64,000 nt of DNA. Source: Bugula neritina. Taxonomy: Eukaryota; Animalia; Bryozoa. Each line of letters starts with the position of its first letter. Within the stretch, counting starts at the first letter, position 1. A program made the position numbers and the translations under genes. The notes beneath the pieces were generated by a model. It searched no databases. It saw only the letters and a program-made list of their open reading frames with translations, and was not told the DNA's origin. The DNA is taken from positions 30,644,628-30,708,627 of the forward strand of contig OZ037767.1 of NCBI GenBank assembly GCA_964035545.1. Reading direction: 5' to 3'. This document shows positions 36,991 through 51,750 of this stretch, piece after piece.

Positions 36991-37821
36991 AACATGTCTT
37001 GTGCATTGTATTATTTATATTTGACACTTTATGCGTGCTACCACCTTCTTTGATGGAGCAGGGAACATTTGTTTAAAGGAGTTACCTTAGCACGGTGTCT
37101 ACTCTATCAGGATATGTTTATAATGACTAAGAATGAAAAGTCCTCAGGCGTGTTTGTTTCTACCATGAAGATTGAACTTTCACACTATTTCACAAAATAG
37201 GCCCCTCCCACTTTTTCTGGCGATTGTGGAGGAATCAGTGACAAGATTGGGGATATTTTCAATATACAAGTATGTTGACCTTTGACCTAGCAAACATATT
37301 TCCTATACATTTAGTTTTTATTTTTGTACAGAATGTTAGCAATAGGCACTATTCATAAATTATATATTATTACAAAGTTTCTTGCATTTTACCATTCAAT
37401 TAAAAATTGTTTATATTTTCAACTGTTTTTATCTCTAACCAGAATGTTGCATTAGACACGGTAGCTCATTTAGAACTCTGTTTATGTGATACACATTCAT
37501 TTTCCTCATTCTACTTTTTAACTTGTACAGACATTTTACTCTATTGCCATGTCTAGGTTTAGCAGCTGGTCTCTAAACCGAATTTCTAAATAAAAGCTCA
37601 TGTTGAAAAACAAATTGAAGAACTTCATTTGTAAACAGAAACTATAAATAACATGGTTGCAGCAAATAAAACATGACAAACAAAGTATTACAAAAATATA
37701 AGCAACATTGCATGCACATCTTCAGACTGAATAAGAAATGAGAAAGTCAATTGTGAAAGTAACTGCGACTTCAATGCATAAGACAAGTACTAGTTAGGTA
37801 TGATACACCGAGTATTAGATA

Positions 37822-40800
37822 TTAGGCTTCATCTTCAACTCCCTCCAGTTGAGCCAGAAGCTCTGGAGTTGGAACATCACTACACGAAGAGCTCTCACTT
37901 CCAGCTGACTTTGTACACTTGGGAGACTTTGGTGTGTCAGACAAGGCAGCAGCTGCAGCTTCAAGTAGGGCACCAGTCGCATCACCTGAGTTCTGTACAC
38001 AAACAGAACATATAAATATGAAATATGATACACTTGAGTACACGTATTTCTCTGTATGCAATGATACTTTATTTTGGAGATTTCATTCGTCAAAGAGTTG
38101 CAGAGTGGTGTGAAAAGATACCAGAATATAGAAAGATTTTAAATAGAAGCAAAACTTGAAATCTCAGGTTGGTTTAATCCAACATAAAAAAACTGCATAA
38201 GGTGAGAGTTTTAATTTAGTCCTATACTTATGGTAACCTTATTCTATTAGCACTGCTAGCTTGAGTACTTATGATTGTTGAGTTTACCTCTCAAATTTGT
38301 TTCTTAAGATAAAATTGGCACATAGTGAGGCAAAATAATTCCTCAGCGTTGCCTTCATAGACCTTTAATACGAGAGTAAAACTAACCGCAGTTCTGAGCA
38401 GTGAAGAGTTGGCGGGCTGGGAGCGAACCGTACCTCCAGGACTCTTGGTAACCCAACTTGAGCGTGAAATCTTCATCTTGTTATTAGTCACTCTTCTTGC
38501 GGAAGCGAAGGAAGGAAACTTGAGTTTTGTGACTTCACACAAGAAGGAATTATCCATTCCATCGTCAAAGTCTTCCACGGGGTCATCTACTAGAATAATG
38601 TAATAAACAGTGACTCTATGAGCCTATAGACAGTCCAAAGTTCTCAGAGAAAGAGCCACCTGTTCATTAACCGAATAACTCTACCAACACTCACTCCTGG
38701 CTAGAGTATAAGCAGCTACAGACGTTACAGATAGATAGTCTTACAGATAGATAGTGTTGCAGATAGATAGTGTTACAGATAACCTTAACAAGCTGTTATC
38801 AGCAACCATTTCTTCAATGTTTGGAGTTCTCATCACAAAAACAAAGGAAATGGTGAAAGAAAATCACACAAGACAACACACCTTCACGGAACATCTCTTG
38901 TGAACTCTCTTCAAAGTCGGGGTGACTATCTACCGCCCCATCCATTTGCTTCTCAGCTGTCTCCCTGGTTATACTGTCCAGCAGGACATTATTCGCTGTA
39001 ACGTTGGCAGATTTGGTGGGCGTGTCTTCTAGTAATATTCTGTAATCAACCAATCATAGAAAAGCCATTGACATTATGTAAGACACACCTGTCATAACCC
39101 AGTGTATGCATAACACTTATAGCATCTTGCAATCATGTGATGATTTCTTGAGTCTTCAAACACAATAGAATGTAACAGAGTAGAACAAAGCATGTATGCA
39201 GAGAAGAGTGTATTATTGTAATACACACAGTACAGTGTAATATACACACAGTACAGTGTAATATACACACAGTACAGTGTAATATACACACAGTACAGTG
39301 TAATATACACACAGTACACTGTAATATACACACAGTGTACTGTAATATACACATAATTGTGATATAACTACTTACTTTTCTCGAAGTGCCACTCCACTGT
39401 CTAATAGTTTCTCCTTCAGTGAAATATGAATTATCTCCCCTTGCATTCCTTGTATTTTACTGGGAAGTTCTTGGGGCAGCAATACATCACAAGGCAAAAC
39501 CTCTGCTGCCTGACCCTGTATGTTGAAACCACGAGAGCATAACTCCCTAATATATACACACTGTATAGTATCACATATACACTGTATAGTATCACATACA
39601 CACTGTATAGTAACATATACACACTGTATAGTAACACATACACACTGTATAGTAACACATACACACTGTATAGTATCACATACACACTGTATAGTAACAC
39701 ATACACACTGTATAGTATCACATACATACTGTATAGTATCACATACACACTGTATAGTATCACATACACACTGTATAGTATCACATATACACTGTATATA
39801 GTATCACATACACACTGTATAGTATCACATATACACTGTATAGCATCACATACACACTGTAGATAGTATCACATACCCACTGTATAGTATCACATACCCA
39901 CTGTAGATAGTATCACATACACGCTGTATAGTATCACACGCTGTATAGTATCACATACACACTGTATAGTATCACATACACACTGTATAGTATCACATAC
40001 ACACTGTATAGTATCACATACACACTGTATAGTATCACACACACACTGTATAGTTTCACATACACACTGTATAGTATCACACACACATTGTATAGTATCA
40101 CATACACACTGTATAGTATCACATACACATCGTATAGTATCAATGTTACCTTAGGCACAACCTGACAACTCTCACATCCTTCCACAAGCTCTTTCATCAG
40201 CTCCTTCGCTGTCATACCCCACATTTTGCTGCCACCAGCTGGCACGATGCCAGAAACACTGGCTACTGAAGACAAGGCTTCACAGTTTAGCTCTTCCGTT
40301 GACGGCAGAAGGTGAAGGTCACTGAGAGGCTTGCCGAGGAGACGGCCCGAGTCTATTAGTCTCACCTGAACATCACGAGTGGAAAGGAAGTTATGTAATC
40401 ACACAACGTCATGATGGATACACAGAATACACTCGGAGGGATAGTAAACTAAATAGCAAAGAGTATATAACCAAGACGATATATTAGAATACAAAGTGCA
40501 TATGTGCATGCAGTGTTCACATCACATCCTAAAGTAGCACAAGAATTCAAGACAACATGCTGTAACCATATCAGAACAAACACTCACTATTACATAACAA
40601 AGTCGTATGTTATAGACACCAACCTTGCACCTCTCATTACTGGATGTGACCTCCTCAATAATGCCTCTCACCCAGTCACTGCCGAGTTTCAACACACACT
40701 TGTCACCAACGATCCAATCATGTGACGTTGGACTTGTGTCCCCATTTCCTTTTTCTTCCATCAACTCGTTTAAGTTGGCCGTTAGACTAAAACATTGAAT

Positions 40801-43800
40801 CAACATAATCTCAGCACCAAATTCTGATTATCTCGGTCAGGTATAATCACAATCAAAATTCAACAGGTTCAGAAAATTCCAAACTTTTTACAAAACCTAA
40901 AACCTATACGTGAGAAGATGCCAACTACCTGTGCAGAGTTTCAAGTACAGACAACTACATACGATGCAAATTTCAACACTGACCTCTCCAGTTTAGATGC
41001 ACTAGATAGAGGGAAGATATAGAACTCGTTGGGGGACTCGGCATAGTCACATCTACACGTTATTCCTTCCTCCACAGTCACAGTATCTCTACAGCACATG
41101 ATGTAGAGGTAAATGGGAAGGGGACAACTCCAAATGCAGCAGATACACCAAGATATACTAAGAGGTATCAGAGAGATACTGACACATACTAGGAGGTGTT
41201 AGAGAGATACTGACATATACTAAGAGGTGTCAGAGAGATACTGACACATACTAGGCGTCAGAGAGATACTGACATATACTAAGAGGCATCAGAGAGATAC
41301 TGACACATACTAGGAGGCGTCAGAGAACTACTGACATATACTAAAAGGTGTCAGGCACATAACTTACACACTTCTGCTAGCCATCCCATTCTGTACCAGA
41401 ACATCTGCTAAATTTTCGCCACTGTTTTCCACTTTCACTACGACTGTAGCAGCACCATCAGATGCTTCAGGCAGCTCCATGACTTTAGCTCTGCAATGCT
41501 GCTCAAAGCACATGCTTTGAAGGCTGTCTGACACCTGTTACCCAGGTAGATATAAACACAGGTTAGGATGTACAACACAGCTGTCTCACCACCAACTCAC
41601 TGCATAGTACTCTGACCGTCTCACCACCAACTCACTGTACAGTACTCTAACCATCTCACCACCAACTCACTACATAGTACTCTGACCGTCTCACCACCAA
41701 CTCACTACATAGTACTCTGACCGTCTCACCACCAACTCACTGTACAGTACTCTGACCGTCTCACCACCAACTCACTCTACAGTACTCTGACCGTCTCACC
41801 ACCAACTCACTGCATAGTACTCTGACCGTCTCACCACCAACTCACTGTATAGTACTCTAACCGTCTCACCACCAACTCACTACATAGTACTCTGACCGTC
41901 TCACCACCAACTCACTGTACAGTACTCTGACCGTCTCACCACCAACTCACTGCATAGTACTCTGACCGTCTCACTACCAACTCACTGCATAGTACTCTGA
42001 CCGTCTCACCACCAACTCACTCCATAGTAACTTACCTGTTGGCTCCAGTCCCCGCCGTCAACAGAAGATATATTGTGTAGAGACAATCTGAATGCTTGTG
42101 TGGGCAGCTTGAGCAAATCTCTGCTAATAGTCCTGATCTGATCAGCAGGTAAAACTTCTACATTGCCGTAGTCAACATACTTCACAGTCACATGACCAGG
42201 CTGCAGGGCTAAGATCTGAGCCCGGTACCAATTACCACCGTAGTTGGCCACTACAGCATCGCCTGCAGCACGCAACCAGACACTTACATTTACTTACTAG
42301 TATGTACGTACTTCTATGCACTTACTTTAGTGTACTTACTTGCTTGTATATACATGATTGTATGAGTTTGTGTGTAAATGCTTGTCAAAATAAATTTCAT
42401 TAATTTCAAATGGTAGACAATTTGAGGACTGCTGTTTTTTCATGAAAAGCCTGTTTTTGGTGCATTTCTATTTTTTAAACTCGACTAAAACAAAAGCAGG
42501 TAAAGTAAAAGAACATAAAAATTAGCCATGGAAATGTTCACCACAAAAAGGACGCAGACCTGGTTTGGGTATAAAGACTTTGTGAACGAGGGCAGAGCTC
42601 TGGGCGGAATATTTCTCATTCATAGTCATCATCATGGAGTCTAGCATCTTCAGCTCGGCATTGGTAGGGCTTGGCTATATTATATCATAACATATTATAT
42701 TATATATTATAATATGCCACAGTATATCATACTATATATTATACTATATACTATATTATATCATACTGAGTAAATGAAGGGGCCGTGAGTATACTGAACT
42801 TACCATCTCCATCTGATCTGGATCCAAATCTCTGTTAGTCTGTAAAATAAACCCTCTCTTTAGTTTGTGAAGTTTTAAAACAAACAGTGACATCACAAGC
42901 TGCCAGCATTTACAGCACCTAGTCTGTTTACATACTTGGAAGGATAACTCCAGTCTCCGTGTGACACAAGATGGATACTAACTGAACGTACAGTTGGTTT
43001 AGAGAATATCGCATAGTGAGTACTGAGCAATGAGTGACCAATACAATACAGTTTGGCAGGAAACAATAGAAGGACAGCAGTGAATATAACTCACAATCTG
43101 TGCGTATAGCTCGGTGGGGTTGACCACATGAGTAACAAACATGTAGATCTGCTCCCCACAGTGGAGGGGTGACGGAGTGAGATAGACTGAGCCCAGCGCA
43201 TTCTGGTCCAGCACGTACGGGGCGACGGGGCTGTCGTAGACGGCCTGTTCAAGGAACACCAGGTAGTCTCTCATGGAGAGTATCGGCCCTCCACTCTGGT
43301 CTCTCAGCAGGAGCTCTACGGGGAGTTCTCCGGCCTCTTCTAACAGAGGGCTTTCTCTCTTCTACAGAACCAGAGCTAACATGTTACACTCTATAGTCTG
43401 ACTGTGCACACTCTGTAGACAGACTGAGCACACTCTGTAGACAGACTGAGCACACTTTGTAGACAGACTGAGCACACTCTGTAGACAGACTGCACACTCT
43501 GTAGACAGACTGAGCACACTCTCACCTCTAAGACTACACACTTGCAGTGACTCAGCACTTCTGCCATCAGGTCTGCGACTTTCCTAGTCCAGTCATTACT
43601 AAGATCAGCTGGTTGAATCCCCTGCAAGTAGCACTTGACAGCCACCTTTGGCAGCGACAGCAACGAACCTAAAATACACCACCCCGTCAACAGGCCGGCC
43701 AGAAACCATCAAACATTGCTCACCACCTTCACCGATGACAATCATATTTGTAAACGTTTTCAACACTTTTTTATTTTCATCACACGAAATAGCTAGTAAG

Positions 43801-46800
43801 GAACAAATTGGCACCAGATATGGAGACAGACAGACAGAAGAGAGAAGGATTAGAATGCTCTACATGCCTGTAGTTCTGCGTAAACACGACGTCTTCACAC
43901 ACACCGTGTTTCCGTAGTCAACACAGAAGATATCGGCTGATCTATCGTACAGCTTCACCACTTCACCTCGTCTCCATTGGTTATCAACAAACGCAAACAG
44001 ATACTTCACTGTAAAATAAATACAGCCAGAGTATGAGTTACACGCAGGTATAGTCTGAGTATGAGTTACACGCAGGTATAGTCTGAGTAGGAGTTACACG
44101 CAGGTATAGTCTGAGTTTATGCTAATCGCAGGCTAGACTGTGGACTAACCATTGTGCAGGTCTGTAATTGGAGGGGTGGTGTTGCAGTGCTCGTTGTACT
44201 TGGGTTGGTGTAACTTGAGTGCCTGGGCACTGTGTAGAGACTGGATGTAGAAGGAGAAGGGAGAGTCGATATGAGAGACATTCACCTGTAAACTCTTCTC
44301 TACAAGATAATACTTGAATAGCTAGAAGGAAGTACAGGAAGTGGGAGCGAGATCTGCACTAGTTTCCAGAGTTATCTTCTCTTAAACATATATTTTAGTT
44401 GAGGATTCACATGTAAACACATGCAGTGTAACAAAAACTAGCCCATAGTTAAATCACATCAAATTCACACTCATCAGTATTATTGCAGGTGCATAAGTTA
44501 ACTATAAAATCTTCTTAGACTGAAATCCTAACTACATAAGGGGGAGAGATGATTTCTTCGTAACCAAACAGGTATCCAGAGTGCGAGGAGACAAGTCACA
44601 GTCCTAGTCAGCTGACGTACCTTTAATAGGAAGTGCAGGCTTCATGTAGAGCTTCTTCTTAAACTGAGACTCCTGGGAGATAGCGGTGTGCAGGCCGAGA
44701 ACTGGGGCTGGTGCAGGGGCGCCCCGTCCTCTACCTACAGCCTTCACACGATGTCCTTTCTTACCTCTAACTTGCTGTAAATATGCAGAACACAGAAATA
44801 GAAGACAGGAAATACCTTACTAGAGGGGAAGTGATGCAAGCAGCACACCTGATTGGCTAAAAGAGAACCTAACGAAACCTACATTCACTGCACATCATCT
44901 GACATACTTTACTAGTTGAAAAGACTTAGCAGAGCTTGTTATTTACTTACCAAAACTTGTTAGAACTACTTAGTATCAAGTGTCAATATATGATAGTTGT
45001 GAAAATCTCACGAATATTTAAAAATCACTTTTCGACTTTCATACAATTCGTAATATATTGTCCTAAATTGTTTCTTGAATGGCAAGTAAAGGAATAGAGA
45101 AGTAACAGCATGGAGCAAGTGATAGTAAGGCGTGCAAAATTTTTCAGCAACACAATTATTTGCATCTTTAGCCAGCTTTTGGTTTGCAACTAAAGTTGAC
45201 AAAGTTTTTAACAATTTTATGAAGCGAACACATATAAGCACTCTACTTATGATGTTATAAGATTTGAAAATTTGAAAAAATGAACATAAAATGTTAGTGT
45301 AACTCAGGTTGAGTGCCATTTAAGGGGGTCAACTATCTTAAATATTTAAACATTTCTAAGTGATGTCATGAAGACATTGAAATGGCTAAAATAAAGTTAT
45401 CACGGTAATATTTTCAAAATATTGCAGGTATCATTATAAGCCATGTTTTAGGACTACCACAGAGCACCAGTATCTCCAACCTCTCTATTGTTGTCTGAAA
45501 CCTGTTGATATAATGATATTATTTCTAGACTCGTCTTCCCCTGGTCTGACCAGCTATTGGAAAACTGCTAACCTGGTTATGGGCTCTGAGATGGGGGTCC
45601 GGCACCGCCCCGTCTCTATAAACAGTGAAGTTACCGGAGGTTTGGTAGCGAGGGTCAGTGAGGCGATAATTTCGGTTTTTAAGCTGCGGGACCGGCAGCT
45701 GGTGGACAGGAGGCTGAATGGGCGGCTGCTGATACGTCTGGGAATGCTGAGCCCATTTCTGCTGGTGGGCTCGATACTGCCTGGCATTCTACAGTATATT
45801 CAAGTACTATACTACATTATATACTATACTATACTATATTGTATACTATATTACATTATATACTATACTATACTACATTATATACTATACTATATATACT
45901 ACACTATATACTATACTATACTGTATGCTATACTATATACTATACTACACCATATGCTATACTATATTGTATACTATACTATAATATATACTATCCTACA
46001 TACTATACTACATACTATACTATATACTATACTATACTATATACTATAATTTATTATACTATAATATACTATACTGTGCTATACTAATTTACTCATGTAC
46101 ATTATATTCGAGTTACTATCAGTTTGAGTCAACAGGAAACCCCGGATACCTATGAGATACGAGTCAACTACCCACCTACAGTATACCACTACCTACCTAC
46201 AGTATACCACTACCTACCTACAGTATACCACTACCCACCTACAGTATACCACTACCTACCTACAGTATACCACTTATATACAGCTTATATACTGATATAC
46301 AACGGGAAACAGTAACGGCTGTGGGAGCCGTCACTATGGGTGTAACTGTTGCGTAATTGTTGTGTAAAACTAATGAGAGCAATTTCATTTTCTGGACTGC
46401 ACATACAAACTACCCAATAAACAGTAAGTAACAGGGGAGGAGGGGTCGGCCACCCTTACTTGTTCGTGGTTGTCAAAACTGTGGCCGTATTTGGCTCCAG
46501 CATCATGCAATGCAGATGATGGCTGGCCCTGATAAGATCTGGAGGGGTCATAGTTCAACGTATGAGGACTGCTCTGCACCCGACTACAGTTGCTGATGTC
46601 ATATCCTCTGTAGCCATAAGTGGGGCACGGGTCACCTGACTCGCCACTTTCATACGACTGATCTGCAGTGAGTTGTAACATAGCAACTGGTAAGCAAACA
46701 GCAATCTGCAGTATGTTGTAACATAGCAACTGGTAAACAAAACAGCAATCTGCAGTATGTTGTAACATAGCAACTGGTAAACATACAGCAATCTGTAGTA

Positions 46801-49800
46801 TGTTGTCACATAGCAACTGGTAAGCAAACAGCAATCTGCAGTATGTTGTACCATAGCAACTGGTAAACAAACAGCAATCTGCAGCAAGTTGTCACATAGC
46901 AACTGGTAAACAAACAGCAATCTGCAGTACACATGTTACTAGGACTGAGAGAAACAGATGCAGAAATCTAGGAAGGTACAAGCCACTACAAGAGAGAGCT
47001 GAAAAGTTACCAAATGTGGGATATGAAGAGAAGTCGTCCTCATAGAAAACTTGAGAGGTACGGGAGTTGTTGTGCTGACGCAGTGATGAATAAGGGCTGG
47101 GAGACGTGTGAGTAGGGTGCTGCCGTGCGCTCGACTCATATCCGAGATGATGTGATGATTTCTGGGAGAGACTGTTTTGAGAGGCAGCGCTGGGACTAGA
47201 TGGCTGGGAGGAATGCCCTTCTTGTACCTGCAGCAGTACACAGACTAGACTAGTACCTGCAGCAGTATACAGACTAGACTAGTACCTGCAGCAGTATACA
47301 GACTAGACTAGTACCTGCAGCACATAATATACAGACTACATTAGTATCAGGAGATTTATATACAGTCATTGTATACTCTACAGAGTGAGTAGAACACAAA
47401 TACATACGTGGATACTGTTGATTGATCTACCAACGCTGTCTATACTTTTAGTAGAATGCTGCCTAGAGAGGGAGTGAGTTTGGGGAGTAGAAGATGTTGA
47501 GGGGGCAGGGAGATTGGTGATCTCCTCTTCTGTCACGTCATCTAAGGGAACCAACTCAAACCTGCCAACCATACAGTGAGTTAGTGTGGGTGGACAGTGA
47601 TTAGTCCAGAGGAACGTTAAAGAACCCAGGTTACTACGTTCTGAGTGACCTTTCTGAGGTGAGGAATTAGAGTGTATGAGACTGAATGGCTAAAAACTTA
47701 TTCTGATTTAATAAATTTTTTGGGGAAAATTGTGTCCAACACATTCATACACGAGCCATTCAAAGGCTTACATTCCTAGTTGGAAACAAACTAAGTATAG
47801 ATATTGTCTACTCCACAACTACTAACTCATAACTACTAACTAGTAACTACTAGTATCTAGTAACTACTAGTATCTAGTAACTACTAACTAGTAACTACTA
47901 ACTAATAACTACTAGTATCTAGAAACTACTAACTAGTAACTACTAGTATCCAGTAACTACTAGTATCCAGTAACTACTAGTATCTAGTAACTAGTATCTA
48001 GTAACTACTAGTATCTAGTAACTACTAGCATGACTAGTAAGCATTATTAGCAGCAGATGAGTCGGCACCTGCTCTTAGTAGGAGCTTGAGATGAGACTGT
48101 AACCAGATTGTCGAGGCTACTGAATATACTTTCATCAACGTTGACCTTGACACTAGTGCTGTCTAGGTCGTTCACCACCAGATGGCATGGCATCCTGAGT
48201 ATTTCCTGAGCGGTGGTATTCACCAGACTGAAGTCACAAAACTTCTCGTAGACTGGATTCGAAAGTATTTTGTCTAATTCTGAAAGGAATAAAAGTGAAA
48301 TATTTGCGTTTATATGCTGGTACTGAACCCCAACACCAATAAAACACTAGTTTACTTTGTATACTATTTCTATTGGCTAACCAATTACCAACCAGCCAGT
48401 TAAAGCTGGTGTTATAAACTTTGAATGGTACGAGAGGTGATAAGTCTTACCAAACACAAGACTCTCTATTTTCTTGCAGCTGATCAGAACGCTGTCTTCG
48501 AGTTCCTTCAGTTGGCGAGTGTTACTACCAGTGGCTATCAGCACCTGAATAGAACCAATCAGCAGTCAGATAACATTCTCTAAGGTCAAGGATGGTAAGT
48601 TCAACTGCAGAGATATATGAGTCGTGCTTTGAACAGCATAAGTCATAGGTTTTGTAGAAAAGGCTAAAAGGAAAACTTGCATTATTGCGCTTTAAATTGA
48701 ATACTGAAGGATGTGTAAATCTAAAATCATAAAAGAATAATATATATTGTAAGAAAAAGCTTTTGAGAGAATACGTTGTATTGGAGATATCATGGGAAGC
48801 AGATATTTGGGATTCTAATCAATTCAAGTCAGAATAAAATAGGAGTTGTGCTCTTCTGGTGGGTTAATCTCTCATAGAGTTAAAGACTGATGGAGTAAAG
48901 AGAATATCAACACAAGGTGCTGGAAGACAGAAAGCTGGAAATCTCTCACTCACCTGTTCCTCAAGTTCAACCTGCTTCATCTGAAGTAAAGCGTGCAGTT
49001 TGAAGAAAACCTCTTCAATTATTTCTATGTTTGGATTTGATGACGTGCCGTTGGCAGAGTTGCCTCCCTGTTCTGCACTGATTCTCTGAAACAGTCAGCA
49101 AACAAACTATAAACATTACATTCAGGTTACTTACTTACACTTAGTAAATCAGTCATCAATATTGTACATTGTACAGTCACTTCTAAATCATGATGAGACA
49201 TGGTAGGAGTGAAGCATGATTACAACAGGGAAGACTGTGACTACGGTGTGAACCATGTTATTCAGATGTTGATGTTGATCCTGCTTAGAATAACACATGC
49301 TAATGAGTAGAGATCAAAGTCAAATGAAAATTGAACATTTGCAAGGTTAGTACTCCTACAATATAAACTAAATGACTACCTGTTTAGTGTTCTGTAGAAG
49401 TCGCTGGGTGAGGTGTGCTTGTTCACACGTCTCTATCAGCTGCGACTTCACTTCCTGGTTGACGTCCGCCAGGTGTTTCAACGAGTGACCGGAGTGGGAG
49501 CCTAGGACGCCGCAATCAGCGCACATGGCACTGGAACAGTCCAGACAGTAGTACTCCATCTTCTTTTCAGCGTGCTGGGGGCACGAGTCAGTTATCTGAA
49601 ATATTACAGAGTCTGTCTGCTCACGTCCATACAGGGAGGGGAAGTGGGTGGAGCTAATGAGCTGGTCAACTAGTTTACTATCTCGTACTGTTTTGTTAAC
49701 TTAATTGTTTCACTTTTGATAAACTACAATCAGTAATTTCTGATTCACAACAAAAATTATAGAATAAAAACCTATTGCTAGTAGTAGGTCTGACAATAAA

Positions 49801-51750
49801 AACAATTCCAGAAAATCACTGCCTAAAACTTGTGCTGAAATAGAGTGACCTACTTGAAGGTCAAGGCCGGACGAGGCAGCACTACTGGCCAGAGACTTCA
49901 GTTTATGAGAGGAGAGAATACGTGAGGAGTGAATCTCTGTGGAGCAGGTGTTACACAGGAGAGCTCCATCACACTTCTCACATTTCACCTCAGCATCAAC
50001 CTGTTGGCAGTTGTCACATTTCTCCACTATACAAGAGAAGCAAAGTCAGCAGACGACATCAAATCAACATATCTAGCAGTCTATATAGTCCAACTCCTGT
50101 CTCGAACAAACTAGTTCTCTTTCGAAAGGGAATTGATCAATAAAACATACAAATCACGGTTACAATCAAGCCTTTTATGTTTGAAAGAGCCAAGACTGTT
50201 ACTACGCATTTTAAACTTTATTCATCCATAATATCAATCAAATAAACACAGGATGGTGTTAAAGCAGTCATTATGAGAAAGCTTATAAAGAGTACCAGTT
50301 GGAGCTGAAACTGTGGGCAGTAGCATATCCGATGGTTTCTGCTCTAATAACGTCATCATCGTATAAGCCTGCTCATTCCTCAACATACTCGCTGTGACTG
50401 TACAGCCCATCATGTATTTATTCACTGGCAGATCTTTAGCGTCTTGGGTAGGAAGTACAGTCTTTGCCTATTGTATGCAAAGACATGACCAACCAGAGAA
50501 AATAATTAAAAAGCAAATAAAATAAACTTGAAAACTTTCACAACAATACTTAAATGAAAATTCTAAAACTGAACAGCGAGCAAACCTGACATGATTGAAG
50601 AGGGCAAATGACTACGGCAGCAGACTTATTGGCATCATCATCATGTCTAGATCGGCTGAGGAGACATTGATCACAGAATGTATGTCCACAGGAGAGAATT
50701 CTAGGGAGAGCGTATTCTCCATCTCTCTTATTGCCTGCCAGTTCAATAGTAAATAATGCAGCGCCTGGCATCACAACATTTAGCATTATATACGAATTAA
50801 TTAGCAATAAAAATAGTTAAACCTAAATACTTATTGCTTAAACACTGATTAAATTAAAAAAATGTAAAAAAATATATTAACAAAAATGTTCAGCTCTTAA
50901 TTTTTTATTCCGTTAAAACTAAATAGGCTGATAATCTAAAATTTTATGTTATATGCGATTTGATTTTGTATTTACTAAACAACTTAATTATTTAGGTGTT
51001 GACATATCCTGTAAAGTGATGTCACAGTAACTGTTGGCAGTAGTACTACTCAAAATAATCCTGAGCACTGGGTGTCAAACTGAACTGTGTTTACTACTGC
51101 TGTTTATTAGTACACTCTGACTTGACAACATTAACTATCATAGTGCAATTTTTTTAATTGCAGGTGAAATTGCTATTATAATTTTGTTAAAATTTTTTAT
51201 ATATATTTAAATAATATTAAAGTATCATAATTATTAAACTCATTCAGTCACTGTCATCTAACCAATTTGTACCAAAATAAAACTTAAAATTGTAAGACAT
51301 CATGATAGTAACTTTAAGGAAATTAATTACAATGAACAAGCTAAACTCAATATAAAAAATCACTATTAGAATTTGCTGCTATTTTACTACCATGTGAATC
51401 AACACTTGAGGTCACTCCAGAATAAATATTACAATTAGTATTACGCATGGGCATATGTTGTAAAATAATAATATAATTAAATACAAGTATAACAATGCAG
51501 TGATTTAGTTCATAACTTCTAGTAGCTATCTAAGTTTTTTTAGTTGAAAATACAGTTGCTGAACTTCAATCCCAATATGCAATAGCAACTAAAAAATCAA
51601 ATTCATCTAAATTTATTGAACTACTACTGGAAACTTACCTTTATTTTTTCCTTTCCTGGCACTATTACCTGTACCCGTTGAACTTAAACTGTGAGGGTAT
51701 TTGTAATTGCAAAGCTTACAACTAATACTCTGTTGAAAATCACGAGACAT
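37822..51750 (-). CDS. RNF17: RING finger / double B-box / coiled-coil / multi-Tudor protein of the RNF17 (TDRD4, Qin/Kumo) family
   Basis: ATG at 51750 (MSRDFQQSISCKLC); RING completed in 50586-50734 (PRILSCGHTFCDQC...CPLQSC); B-box1 49854-50026 (CDNC..CEKC..LCNTCSTEIH); B-box2 49380-49595 (CPQH..YYCLDC..CADC..HSGH). Extended Tudor exons at ~44150-44320 (VSHIDSPFSFYIQ), ~43860-44008 (WRRGEV..CVDYGN), ~43095-43360 (VTHVVNPTELYAQ), ~42035-42262 (WYRAQI..YVDYGN), ~40625-40790 and ~40150-40365. Last exon 37822-37992 (VEDEA*). Not every internal exon boundary was resolved. Confidence 0.85.
39215..39355. repeat. 21-nt intronic minisatellite (cagtacagtgtaatatacaca)
   Basis: Tandem array. Confidence 0.85.
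39550..40142. repeat. 21-nt intronic minisatellite (cactgtatagtatcacataca), ~27 copies
   Basis: Fills nearly the whole intron. Confidence 0.93.
41150..41355. repeat. ~31-nt intronic minisatellite (agagagatactgacatatactaagaggtgtc)
   Basis: Tandem array next to a donor. Confidence 0.8.
41583..42030. repeat. 35-nt intronic minisatellite (ccgtctcaccaccaactcactgcatagtactctga), ~13 copies
   Basis: Starts at the donor of a Tudor exon. Confidence 0.93.
43405..43522. repeat. 22-nt intronic minisatellite (gcacactctgtagacagactga)
   Basis: Tandem array adjacent to a donor. Confidence 0.85.
44028..44116. repeat. 28-nt repeat x3 (gagtatgagttacacgcaggtatagtct)
   Basis: Tandem array in a short intron. 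Confidence 0.8.
45800..46275. repeat. Degenerate (TATAC)n tract and 21-nt repeat (cctacagtataccactaccta)
   Basis: Simple repeats at ~45800-46085 and ~46167-46275. Confidence 0.85.
46660..46930 (-). repeat. 43-nt minisatellite containing the 3' splice site, ~6 copies
   Basis: Unit atctgcagtatgttgtaacatagcaactggtaaacaaacagca; on the minus strand each unit carries ctgcag|at. Confidence 0.88.
47224..47322 (-). repeat. 29-nt repeat duplicating an AG|GT acceptor (4 sites)
   Basis: gtacctgcag recurs at 47224, 47253, 47282 and 47311. Confidence 0.9.
47817..48030. repeat. 13-17-nt minisatellite (taactactagtatctag)
   Basis: Tandem array. Confidence 0.85.
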
